Of a stretch of 25,763 bases of DNA, positions 1 through 7,505 are shown piece by piece (the stretch's first letter is position 1; each line of letters starts with the position of its first letter). The translations under genes were made by a program, and so were the position numbers. The DNA comes from a virus (Duplodnaviria; Heunggongvirae; Uroviricota; Caudoviricetes). The DNA is taken from IMG/VR virus record IMGVR_UViG_2778261381_000004, positions 1 to 25,763 of that record. One strand, given 5' to 3'. The notes beneath the pieces are model-generated. The model saw only the letters and a list, made by a program, of their open reading frames with translations. It did no database searches and was not told where the DNA came from.

Positions 1-125
1 ATTACAGCGCACTAAGACCGCACGAATATAATGGTGGGTTACCACCAAACGAATCGGAAAATCGATACTGGAAAAAACTCTAACTCGGTGGCCAGTTTTT
101 GTTGACCACTTCACACCAATGAATC

Positions 126-157
126 AAGCGTGGAGGTGTTCTCCACGCTTATTTTTT
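126..157. terminator. Intrinsic terminator-like hairpin next to the helicase stop codon
   Basis: Seen in sequence: inverted repeat AAGCGTGGAG (126-135) / CTCCACGCTT (141-150) with a 5-nt loop, followed on the plus strand by six T (152-157). The T-run overlaps the minus-strand stop codon of the helicase gene, so it may act bidirectionally. Confidence 0.45.
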
Positions 158-1496
158 AGGTAACGTCTAAGATTCGCTCAATGAAGCGCATTTGTTCGAG
201 GTTTTGTTTAACGCGAATGCTGATCCCTCCCTGCTGGTTACGTGAACCGGCAAAGTAGAGACGAGCCTCTCCTTTCGCTTCTTCTTCTTCGGTTTTGTTG
301 ATCGTTATTACCAGGTCAGCAATACGTACTTTTTCGATGTTGTCGGCAGCGTGCATCATTGTGGCAACTTCTGACGCGCCACCTTCACGGTTTGTCTGCG
401 ATGCCGTGATCCCAGCAACGTTATGCTTGTCATAAAGAGCACGTAAATCGGTGTAGATACTACGAATGTTGGCGCGATCATCACGAAGGTCATAACTGGC
501 ACGCATCAAATCTGCGTAGTCGACAACAACCATGTCAGGCACCATGCCGTTGGCTTTCATGCTGTTAAGCATACGGTCCAGATCTGCCGGTGACATACTT
601 CCTGACGGACGCTCAACAACCCACAAACTACCAATCCCCTTAGAGGCTCCCAACTCTGCCAACTTACGATGAACTTCATCGCGCCGTTCCACCAACTTGG
701 ACATTTCCGTCTCCGACAATCTTGCATCAAAACGGTCGGACAAAATGTTGGTGTGAACCTCCAGCGAGAGATACAGAACATTGTAGCCAGCAAGCGTTGC
801 GTTTATGGAAAACTCGCCCATTGCGGTCGATTTACCGGATTTAGCGAACCCCATGAAGAGCACCATTTCGCGCTTTGCCCAGCCTTTTTGGTACAGCAAC
901 CTATCGAGAAGAGGGAGTCCAGTTGTAATACTGTTTGGTACATACTCCTCTGAAGCCTCATATTCACGCGCTTTCAATCGCTCACTTGCGGAGGTGTAGT
1001 AGTCATAGATTCCGGTCGCTTCGTTCGATCCAATCTGCTGAACCTTGGCCATGATTGCCATCGCCCCCTGAAAGTCGCCCTTCTCTTTCAGTTCAGCAGC
1101 CTTAATCAGAGCATCATCAAACGCTACGCTTTTTGCGAAGGTTGATACCTGGTCAACCATGTACGAGGTATCGGACAATTTTTCTGCAAGGATGCGCTTA
1201 AACGCAACAACAACATCGGCGAATAGTTCCTCACGGATAGTCTTATCGCGTTTCGCACGCTTAAGCATATCCAGAATTGCAGATGAAGAGGGCGCGCTCT
1301 TGTACATACGGTAATAGCCCGAAACCATATTAACCAATATGGCATTGGCCGCATTGGCAAATTGGCTAGGCACAACCAGATCTCCCGCACGAGTAAGAAA
1401 CTCGTGATCACGACAAAAATATGCCGTCAGTCTGTTCTGGAAATCTTCATCAAACTCTTCGGACAGCCCGCGTCCTGTATGGCAAAGTTCGGTCAT
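156..1496 (-). CDS. DnaB-like replicative helicase (RecA-fold C-terminal domain) with an unrecognised N-terminal half
   Basis: 446 aa ORF. C-terminal half has a P-loop GFAKSGKST, a Walker B-like VVVDYADLM and ITASQTNREG, which resemble the DnaB family motifs (IDYLQLM, SQLNR). The N-terminal ~200 aa do not resemble DnaB as far as I can tell. Confidence 0.6.
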   Translation of the reverse strand: MTELCHTGRGLSEEFDEDFQNRLTAYFCRDHEFLTRAGDLVVPSQFANAANAILVNMVSGYYRMYKSAPSSSAILDMLKRAKRDKTIREELFADVVVAFKRILAEKLSDTSYMVDQVSTFAKSVAFDDALIKAAELKEKGDFQGAMAIMAKVQQIGSNEATGIYDYYTSASERLKAREYEASEEYVPNSITTGLPLLDRLLYQKGWAKREMVLFMGFAKSGKSTAMGEFSINATLAGYNVLYLSLEVHTNILSDRFDARLSETEMSKLVERRDEVHRKLAELGASKGIGSLWVVERPSGSMSPADLDRMLNSMKANGMVPDMVVVDYADLMRASYDLRDDRANIRSIYTDLRALYDKHNVAGITASQTNREGGASEVATMMHAADNIEKVRIADLVITINKTEEEEAKGEARLYFAGSRNQQGGISIRVKQNLEQMRFIERILDVT

Positions 1497-1539
1497 GTGC
1501 TTTCCTTTGTTTTTTAAACAAATTGTTTTCTAGTATTAG

Positions 1540-2289
1540 TTAATTAGATAGGGGATCAATAAACCGCCGTGCTTCTTCCAGTTCTTCTGGAAAGTGGGCG
1601 GAAATAAGGCGCTCTGGAACGATTTCCATTAGCCAGATAGCGGAGAAAATTGCGCGTATGCGCTTACTGCGAGGGATGGTGCGCAAACGCTCCAGAATCC
1701 ACTCAAAATAGCTTTCCTGAATCGGGTTGAACTGCATGTCTCCCATATGCTTAAAGCTAACCAGAGAGTCATCCAGACGGGTTGTTGCGCGTCTGGCTAA
1801 TTTCTCTTCAAATATCTCAATCAGTTCTGGCTGCCACAAATGCTGTGGGCGAGGCAGCTTGTCCCACAGACGTCGTGCAGCTGCGGAAAGAACAGTGGAG
1901 ATAAAGTAGTCGTATGAGCAGCAATAGCGATCCGCAAACTGGCGTGCTTTCCATAGCGACGTTTTATTAGCAGTCGACAACTCCTGATAAGGCAAGCGTT
2001 TTAACCCGGTGGTGAACGGAGCTGTTTCAAAGTGTTCACGACCGTGCGTCAGCATGATATTTGAGTACTGACGTTTGTATGCCTCCGTAAACAGACAGGT
2101 GGCCATGAGAGGATGCATATCGCGGTAATCAAACCACTTCGTCTCAAACAGTTCAGCCTCGTCTTTGCAGCGCGACAAACCAATGTTTTCAGCAACCCAC
2201 TTGTCCATAACAGCGGTATTCCACTCTGTCATGAAGTCGTACTGGTCGTTGTCGATGGTATCGAAAAAGATTTGGCTCATGTGGCTCAC
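1540..2289 (-). CDS. Hypothetical protein
   Basis: 249 aa ORF with an AGGTGA Shine-Dalgarno about 6 nt before the ATG at 2289. No family motif recognised. Its position next to the helicase suggests a replication-associated role, but that is inference only. Confidence 0.5.
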   Translation of the reverse strand: MSHMSQIFFDTIDNDQYDFMTEWNTAVMDKWVAENIGLSRCKDEAELFETKWFDYRDMHPLMATCLFTEAYKRQYSNIMLTHGREHFETAPFTTGLKRLPYQELSTANKTSLWKARQFADRYCCSYDYFISTVLSAAARRLWDKLPRPQHLWQPELIEIFEEKLARRATTRLDDSLVSFKHMGDMQFNPIQESYFEWILERLRTIPRSKRIRAIFSAIWLMEIVPERLISAHFPEELEEARRFIDPLSN

Positions 2290-2290
2290 C

Positions 2291-2313
2291 TGGTAGGTAG
2301 TTACTTACTTATC
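2291..2313 (-). promoter_or_regulatory. Recurrent intergenic motif, site A (minus-strand reading GATAAGTAAGTAACTACCTACCA)
   Basis: Seen in sequence. Shares GATAAGTAAGTA with site D and the TAAGTA core with sites B, C and E. Lies directly upstream of the 1540..2289 start and its RBS. Confidence 0.35.
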
Positions 2314-2394
2314 ACAATGAGCGGATGATAGCGACTGGTGGCAGTTTTTGGAAGTGGAAACGGAAGGGACTTGTTCTGGTGGGTGTCTTTAAAA

Positions 2395-2453
2395 GACCTG
2401 CTTCTGTATATACAAATAATAAGTAACTTATTAAATACATACGGAAGCAGGTC
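2395..2453. repeat. Long imperfect palindrome downstream of the KAP NTPase gene
   Basis: Seen in sequence: GACCTGCTTC (2395-2404) pairs with GAAGCAGGTC (2444-2453); the 39-nt AT-rich spacer contains GTATATAC and AATAAGTAACTTATT sub-palindromes. Confidence 0.45.
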
Positions 2454-2461
2454 ATAATCTA

Positions 2462-4168
2462 TTAATGATTGAGTATTTTATTAACACGCAGCTTATTAAG
2501 TGTTGATTTTGAAGCAACTTCCTCCAAAGCTTCTATTGCTTTATCAGTGATGCTCTTCTGTTCGTCTGTCGGGTGTTGCATACCCTTGAACTTGAGCATA
2601 GTCTCTTCTACTAAATTCAAAGCATCCTGATCACAGGATAATATCCAGTTTACGTAATCATCTTTAGAAAAACTGTTAAGAATATTCACATCACTATGGT
2701 TAAATCTTCCACCAGCTATTTTTTTTATAATTTTATCTAAGTTATAGTCATCTGGATTTCTATCTTTCAATTTTTTTTCAATTCTGAAACCTAATTCTTC
2801 ATTTCCGAAGATCTCTACTCGCAAAGAATTAAATGTAGCATACGCATTGTCTTTATTAACAAAAGCATCTGCATATGCCTCTATAATATTATTACAATCT
2901 CTATCCAATTTGATTAGGACATTTATTAAACCTACGAACTGTCCAATTGGTATACGCAACAGACTATCGTTAATTACGCGCTCAATTTGAAAAATAAACT
3001 CTGATTCATTATCTTTAAAAGAGTTTCTAAAAACATCCCAAATTTTATAAACCTCACATAAAACCCTATTATCTCTATATTGTTCATTTTTTTCTTTTAT
3101 TATATTTAGAATATTGCTTTCAGAAGACACATAACCGTTCTTAAGGTAAAAATCTATATCATCATCGAAAGCACTTTCTGCTCGTTCATAAATAATATCA
3201 AGGCTATTAACAAATGAATATACAGAGTTAACTTCTTCCTTTTCATCTTTATCATCTAACATATAGTCGAATGCATGTATATTTTTGATTGACTCCTTAA
3301 ATGAAGCATAATCAACGCTAGGAACACCAAAATAGTAAACCACTGAAAATAAGACCAATCTATTAATAAAACTTTCTCTAACCTTATCCTCTGCTAACTT
3401 TAGCACATCTCTAAATATAACTAGAGATGATTTTATTTTATTTAATATTCTAATGTTTTTGATGTTTAAATCATTTGCTAGGTTTTTTAACAAAAGAAAA
3501 TCAGGGTCAGTCTCATAAAAAACTTTTCTTAAGTTTTTCTCAGGCGTGGGATCGTATTTTATTTCCACATCAATTATTTTTTCTCTATACTCTAAAAACT
3601 GTTGTTGTGCAGTTTCTTCATGTAAGTTATCTTCATTTAATATTAGAACAACCTTGCAATTTTTTCTTCTTGCCAACTCATCAATTACCCCCATAATCTC
3701 TTTAATTTCTAGCGCACTACCTTTTCGTTCAATATCATCAATGCAAACCAAATAATTATTAACAAATTTATACTCAAGAGATGACAGCAGATTATCAGTT
3801 TTGAACCCAAAAAAATCGTTCTTTCCAAAATGTATTAAAAATTTTGACAAGGAGTTGTATTTCAACCATCCCCAAAACCCATTTCTATAACGAATCATAG
3901 TTCGATCCGTTTCAGATAAAATCAGTTCTTTATATTTCTTTTCATTAATTGGTGTGGCACAATGATAAAGAGCTTTTTTAATGTCTCCAATAGAATTTAT
4001 TCCAAACAAAGAAACATATGAATATGCATTAAAATCTAATTTTTTAGAATGTTTAGTATAAAAGCTATTCCAATAATGCGTTTTACCTACTCCCCAATTT
4101 CCTTTTATGACAGCAACCCGATGATCTGAGTCCAAAAAATTTTTTAAAAATACTTCTATCGATTCCAT
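2462..4168 (-). CDS. KAP-family P-loop NTPase, candidate accessory (moron) or defence gene
   Basis: 568 aa ORF. Walker A GNWGVGKT near the N-terminus and Walker B LVCIDDIER match the KAP NTPase signatures (G-x-W-G-x-G-K-S/T and hhhhDD-x-R). The gene is visibly far more AT-rich than its neighbours. No transmembrane segment is obvious. Confidence 0.6.
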   Translation of the reverse strand: MESIEVFLKNFLDSDHRVAVIKGNWGVGKTHYWNSFYTKHSKKLDFNAYSYVSLFGINSIGDIKKALYHCATPINEKKYKELILSETDRTMIRYRNGFWGWLKYNSLSKFLIHFGKNDFFGFKTDNLLSSLEYKFVNNYLVCIDDIERKGSALEIKEIMGVIDELARRKNCKVVLILNEDNLHEETAQQQFLEYREKIIDVEIKYDPTPEKNLRKVFYETDPDFLLLKNLANDLNIKNIRILNKIKSSLVIFRDVLKLAEDKVRESFINRLVLFSVVYYFGVPSVDYASFKESIKNIHAFDYMLDDKDEKEEVNSVYSFVNSLDIIYERAESAFDDDIDFYLKNGYVSSESNILNIIKEKNEQYRDNRVLCEVYKIWDVFRNSFKDNESEFIFQIERVINDSLLRIPIGQFVGLINVLIKLDRDCNNIIEAYADAFVNKDNAYATFNSLRVEIFGNEELGFRIEKKLKDRNPDDYNLDKIIKKIAGGRFNHSDVNILNSFSKDDYVNWILSCDQDALNLVEETMLKFKGMQHPTDEQKSITDKAIEALEEVASKSTLNKLRVNKILNH

Positions 4169-4190
4169 TGGTGTCTATCCTTCAACTCAT

Positions 4191-4217
4191 ATATTGGGCG
4201 TAACAAACGCCCAATAT
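4191..4217 (-). promoter_or_regulatory. Stem-loop between the ParG-like gene and the KAP NTPase gene
   Basis: Seen in sequence: perfect 10-bp inverted repeat ATATTGGGCG (4191-4200) / CGCCCAATAT (4208-4217) with a 7-nt loop. No U-tract follows on the coding strand, so it is not a canonical terminator. Confidence 0.4.
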
Positions 4218-4219
4218 AA

Positions 4220-4579
4220 TCACCCTTTCTTCATCAACTCGCGTTTAATTTCATCGGTACGCATCGTGACATCGGCAGCTGTGATCGCCTCGTTAAGTTT
4301 CACGATGTCCTCGATTTCCTGCGGTGTCTTCTCCGCAAGATGGAAAATAGCAGCACGAATCACGTCAGAACGAGTGAACTTCTCGAAGCGAGGGATGAAC
4401 TTCATCATCTCCAGCAGTTCGAAGTATTCGTCCTCCAGTGACATTGTGCGGCTTTTAATTTTCTCTTTGCCACGAGTCGGGCGTCCCTGTGGTCTGACTG
4501 GTTGGCGCAAAGGAGTTGTGTTCTTAGCCGGTGCATCAGGCTCTTTGCGCTTTGCTAGGTCACCCATTTTCATGGACAT
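4220..4579 (-). CDS. Small partition protein, ParG-like centromere-binding protein (possible ribbon-helix-helix)
   Basis: 119 aa ORF whose start overlaps the parA stop. Basic, Pro-rich N-terminal tail followed by a short structured C-terminal region. Function assigned mainly from its position directly after a small ParA, as in type Ib partition systems. Confidence 0.5.
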   Translation of the reverse strand: MSMKMGDLAKRKEPDAPAKNTTPLRQPVRPQGRPTRGKEKIKSRTMSLEDEYFELLEMMKFIPRFEKFTRSDVIRAAIFHLAEKTPQEIEDIVKLNEAITAADVTMRTDEIKRELMKKG

Positions 4580-5247
4580 TATTCTTCTTCCTCCAGACTC
4601 AACAGATAATCTACAAATTCTTCAAACTCGGCTTCCGCCTTTTTGTCGCGCTCGCTACCGGTCATTTCAAAGATAGAACGACCAGACTCTTCCGCATCAT
4701 CATAGACGTTGCGGTTATATAGATTGACTGGCGCAGACTCGATGCCAAACGTCTCAACAATCTCTTTAGCCGCCAGAATGCGAGACACTTGTGATGGCAA
4801 AGCCGGGCACTGGTTCATGACCGCGCGGACCTTCACTTTATCGTTTACATTACGAACATTGTCGATAATAGGATCGATGTCACGCAGAGATTTCAAATCA
4901 CGACGCTTAGGACGAAGCGGGATAATGATAACGTCGGCCATCAGCATCGCTTGTCGCTGAATTTCGGAGTCAAAGCCACCAGCATCTACCACTACAAACT
5001 CAGCTCTACCCTGAAGCGATTTTAGGTGCTTAATGATGTCATCCTGAACGTATGCAAAAGGAATCAGCTCAAGGTCTTCGTTCTGTCGACGGTCTTCACA
5101 CCAGCTTGTTGTCGTGCGCTGAATATCTATATCAGTGATATAAACCTTCTTCTTCTTTTTGACTTTCAGGCAAACGGCAATTTGCTGGGCAACGGTGGAT
5201 TTGCCAGGCCCGCCCTTTGTGCCGCCAACCACAAAGATCTTGGTCAT
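4579..5247 (-). CDS. parA: ParA-family partition ATPase, small type Ib (ParF-like)
   Basis: 222 aa ORF. Deviant Walker A GGTKGGPGKST (KGGxxK[ST]) close to the N-terminus. Size and lack of an N-terminal HTH fit type Ib ParA. Confidence 0.8.
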   Translation of the reverse strand: MTKIFVVGGTKGGPGKSTVAQQIAVCLKVKKKKKVYITDIDIQRTTTSWCEDRRQNEDLELIPFAYVQDDIIKHLKSLQGRAEFVVVDAGGFDSEIQRQAMLMADVIIIPLRPKRRDLKSLRDIDPIIDNVRNVNDKVKVRAVMNQCPALPSQVSRILAAKEIVETFGIESAPVNLYNRNVYDDAEESGRSIFEMTGSERDKKAEAEFEEFVDYLLSLEEEE

Positions 5248-5299
5248 TGGAGAGTTCCCTTTGCGTCTATTATTATCGTCTGAAACAACTTGTTTTCTT

Positions 5300-5490
5300 A
5301 TATGTGATATAGCCTAAATGCCTACGGCTACGGTGTAAAGGTTAAATGGTAGGTTGTGGTTAACAATTGGCAATCATAGCTTGTATTTGTCTGTTGAAAA
5401 AAGTAACAATGACCTCTATATTACAAGTACGGTGATATGCCGTACACAATTTGATAATGCACACGTAATGGGCTATAGCCTTTTAAAGTA
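5300..5490. promoter_or_regulatory. Divergent control region between parA and the toxin-antitoxin operon (candidate centromere/operator repeats and promoter)
   Basis: Seen in sequence: tandem CTACGGCTACGG (5322-5333); TACGGTG at 5329-5335 and again at 5428-5434; inverted repeat GTACGG (5427-5432) / CCGTAC (5440-5445); perfect palindrome GGCTATAGCC (5471-5480) overlapping a sigma70-like -35 TTGATA (5451-5456), 17-bp spacer, -10 TATAGC (5474-5479). Confidence 0.35.
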
Positions 5491-5565
5491 ATTTTTGAGT
5501 CGAAAACTCAGTTTGAACAGAGGAGATTGATGGCCTTCCTACATCACGGCCATCAGGAGGAATAC

Positions 5566-5835
5566 ATGTCAGCACTAAAAAAGCAGCGCATCGATTTGAG
5601 ATTAACCGATGACGATAAAAGCATCATCGAGGAAGCTGCCGCAATGTCTAACCAGAGCATTACTCAGTTTATGGTTAGCAGTGCATCTGAACGTGCCGTG
5701 AAAGTTATAGAGCAACACCGTAGACTAGTTCTGAATGAAGAATCCTGGAATCTGGTTATGGACGCTATAAGCAATCCTCCGGCACCGAACGACAAGCTGA
5801 AACGAGCTGCTGATCGTCTGAAAAGCATGGAGTAG
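5566..5835 (+). CDS. DUF1778 (TacA/AtaR-like) antitoxin
   Basis: 89 aa from the ATG at 5566, which has a GGAGG 5 nt upstream; the longer ORF from 5527 lacks a well-placed RBS. Sequence RIDLRLTDDDKSIIEEAAA...FMV...RLVLNEESWNLVMDAISNPPAPN resembles antitoxins that pair with GNAT toxins. Confidence 0.8.
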   Translation: MSALKKQRIDLRLTDDDKSIIEEAAAMSNQSITQFMVSSASERAVKVIEQHRRLVLNEESWNLVMDAISNPPAPNDKLKRAADRLKSME

Positions 5836-5842
5836 TTTACTC

Positions 5843-6364
5843 GTGAGCAATACAACGATAGAGATTTTCTCTGGAGAGAAAGATTATGATCTAAACGGTT
5901 TTGATTGCGGCGAAGAGTCACTAAACGCCTTTTTAGCCAACCACTTAAAAAGGCAGCATGAGGGAAAAATTCTTCGTGCTTATGTGCTTTGCACTCAAGA
6001 AGAAAGGCCAAAAGTGTTAGGATATTACACTTTGTCAGGTAGTTGTTTTGAAAAGGAGTCCTTACCTTCAAGAAGCAAACAAAAGAAGGTTCCTTATCGG
6101 AATGTTCCAAGTGTTACTTTGGGTAGGCTGGCTTTGGACAAGTCCCTTCAAGGTCAAGGATTTGGCTCAATGCTTGTAACACATGCAATGCGCGTTGTGT
6201 ACAATGCATCTCTTGCTGTAGGCATTCATGGACTTTTCGTTGAGGCGTTAAATGACAAAGCCAAGGCGTTTTATAAAAGTTTAGGCTTTATCCAGCTGGT
6301 TGGTAACAACGAGCGTTCTTTGTTCTATCCTACAAAATCTATCGAAAAATTGTTCGAAGAATAA
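5843..6364 (+). CDS. GNAT-family acetyltransferase toxin (TacT/AtaT-like)
   Basis: 173 aa with a GTG start 8 nt after the antitoxin stop. FDCGEESLNAFL and TLGRLALDKSLQGQGFGSMLV match the conserved motifs of tRNA-acetylating GNAT toxins. Confidence 0.8.
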   Translation: MSNTTIEIFSGEKDYDLNGFDCGEESLNAFLANHLKRQHEGKILRAYVLCTQEERPKVLGYYTLSGSCFEKESLPSRSKQKKVPYRNVPSVTLGRLALDKSLQGQGFGSMLVTHAMRVVYNASLAVGIHGLFVEALNDKAKAFYKSLGFIQLVGNNERSLFYPTKSIEKLFEE

Positions 6365-6367
6365 TGT

Positions 6368-6389
6368 GTTCCCCTCATTTGAGGGGAAC
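6368..6389. terminator. GC-rich hairpin between the convergent toxin-antitoxin operon and lysis cassette
   Basis: Seen in sequence: GTTCCCCTCA (6368-6377) / TGAGGGGAAC (6380-6389), near-perfect. It sits just after the toxin stop and just after the o-spanin stop. No long U-tract on either strand. Confidence 0.45.
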
Positions 6390-6396
6390 TTCGACA

Positions 6397-6612
6397 TCAC
6401 CAACCACAAACCCTCTCTCCCATCGTATTGTGAAAAAGGATTTGGCGTTCGGTTTCTTCAGTCATTACATCATTATTGCTGATATAGATAGGCTCAGCCC
6501 CATCGCAGAACAACACGCTGGCTGTTTGTGGTTTAATGACGCACCCACTTATCATACAACTCACGATGAACGGCAGAAGCATCTTTCTGACGTATTTTAC
6601 TGCTCGTCTCAT
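6397..6612 (-). CDS. Candidate o-spanin (outer-membrane lipoprotein, Rz1-like)
   Basis: 71 aa. N-terminus MRRAVKYVRKMLLPFIVSCMISGC has a basic n-region, a hydrophobic core and an ISGC lipobox. The gene starts inside the 3' end of the upstream i-spanin-like ORF in a different frame. Confidence 0.4.
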   Translation of the reverse strand: MRRAVKYVRKMLLPFIVSCMISGCVIKPQTASVLFCDGAEPIYISNNDVMTEETERQILFHNTMGERVCGW

Positions 6613-6784
6613 TCACCACTTTCACTGTGTTTTGAAGTCGTTTTCTGTCTTCCTGTTTTGCCTTCTCTTCCATTGCTCGTCGCGCCGCATTCCCGCCCAT
6701 CGTGTAAGCGCCGACAAGAACGAAAAGAACGGCAGCCAGCGTAATCAAAGCAACTTTTAGCTTTGTCATCAGGCTGCCTAGCAT
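6533..6784 (-). CDS. Candidate i-spanin (Rz-like, N-terminal TM plus charged helical region)
   Basis: 83 aa. N-terminal hydrophobic segment LKVALITLAAVLFVLVGAY followed by a Lys/Glu/Arg-rich helical region. Start is 1 nt after the endolysin stop. Confidence 0.45.
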   Translation of the reverse strand: MLGSLMTKLKVALITLAAVLFVLVGAYTMGGNAARRAMEEKAKQEDRKRLQNTVKVVNETSSKIRQKDASAVHRELYDKWVRH

Positions 6785-6785
6785 A

Positions 6786-7505
6786 TTAGACCATCCCTTT
6801 CTGGTGTTTTCTTACCTGCGACCAGGCAATGAATCCTGCCACAACAATAGTGGCAATACCGAAGATGATGCGTACTGTATCCCCGCTAGAGATATGACCT
6901 TGTGCTTTATCCATAGCAGCGGAAACCTGCGGCATAACATCGGCCAGCTGCGCCAGACCAATACCTGCTGTAACAGTTGCGCCTGCGGTTTCTTTAGTTA
7001 CAGGAACAGCCTTCACGGTTTTCACCGGCTTAACAACGCCAGCTCGACGCAGACCTTCCTCAATAACTTCTGCCGCATACCAGGTGTTCAGCGTTTTTAG
7101 CGGGCCTCGGCCATTCTCGTGGCGAATGATTGCCTCAACCAAAGGTCGAAGGATGTCGTAATCATGCAGATCGATGATCATGTCTGCGGTTACACCAACG
7201 GCTTTAGACACCTCATTAATGTAGGCGTCAGTATTGTTTTCATTCGGCGGTGCCCAGCGTTCAATAACTTCACGAATGGTATCGATACTTGTGCCGTCTT
7301 TTGCGCGACGTTTATCGTGGTAGGTAATTAGAGTCACCGCCAGCGCACGAATCCCCCAAACAGGGTCTTTAAACGTGCAAAAGCGCGGTTCGTCTGGATT
7401 CGCAACCAGACCTTGCCACGGTGATCCTTTATCAAGATTACCGGGGTTATTATTACGAATGCCTCTCGGAGTCTTCATCCTTGATCTCCTGTTATTGCAG
7501 TCCAT
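6786..7505 (-). CDS. Putative endolysin / cell-wall hydrolase with a C-terminal transmembrane segment
   Basis: 239 aa. N-terminal motif GIRNNNPGNL...WQG, which I recall from phage muralytic proteins but cannot place in a family. C-terminal hydrophobic stretch RIIFGIATIVVAGFIAWSQV. Call rests largely on position between holin-like and spanin-like genes. Confidence 0.45.
   Translation of the reverse strand: MDCNNRRSRMKTPRGIRNNNPGNLDKGSPWQGLVANPDEPRFCTFKDPVWGIRALAVTLITYHDKRRAKDGTSIDTIREVIERWAPPNENNTDAYINEVSKAVGVTADMIIDLHDYDILRPLVEAIIRHENGRGPLKTLNTWYAAEVIEEGLRRAGVVKPVKTVKAVPVTKETAGATVTAGIGLAQLADVMPQVSAAMDKAQGHISSGDTVRIIFGIATIVVAGFIAWSQVRKHQKGMV

Noticed and set aside
557-1411. ORFs 557..793 (minus), 669..953 (plus), 805..999 (plus) and 1124..1411 (minus)
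   Set aside because: All are embedded in the helicase gene, in other frames or antisense, with no RBS or motifs.
1497-1539. AT-rich near-palindrome AAACAAATTGTTT between the helicase and the 249 aa gene, as a possible further copy of the recurrent motif or an origin
   Set aside because: It does not share the TAAGTA core of the five motif sites and is too short and imperfect to interpret.
3475-3755. Plus-strand ORFs 3475..3696 and 3546..3755 that might have been a small partner of the KAP NTPase
   Set aside because: Antisense to the NTPase coding sequence; hydrophobic low-complexity translations typical of AT-rich antisense frames; no RBS.
4194-4960. Plus-strand ORFs 4194..4676, 4531..4722 and 4709..4960
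   Set aside because: Antisense to the parA and parG-like genes, which have clear family features.
5527-5565. Longer antitoxin ORF starting at 5527
   Set aside because: No suitably spaced Shine-Dalgarno for 5527 or 5530, whereas the ATG at 5566 has GGAGG 5 nt upstream; the 89 aa product fits the usual antitoxin size.
5664-6110. Minus-strand ORF 5664..6110 (148 aa)
   Set aside because: Antisense to the antitoxin and toxin genes.
6364-6760. Plus-strand ORFs 6300..6482, 6364..6744 and 6536..6760
   Set aside because: Overlap the convergent spanin candidates on the opposite strand and lie beyond the terminator-like hairpin; no RBS or motifs.
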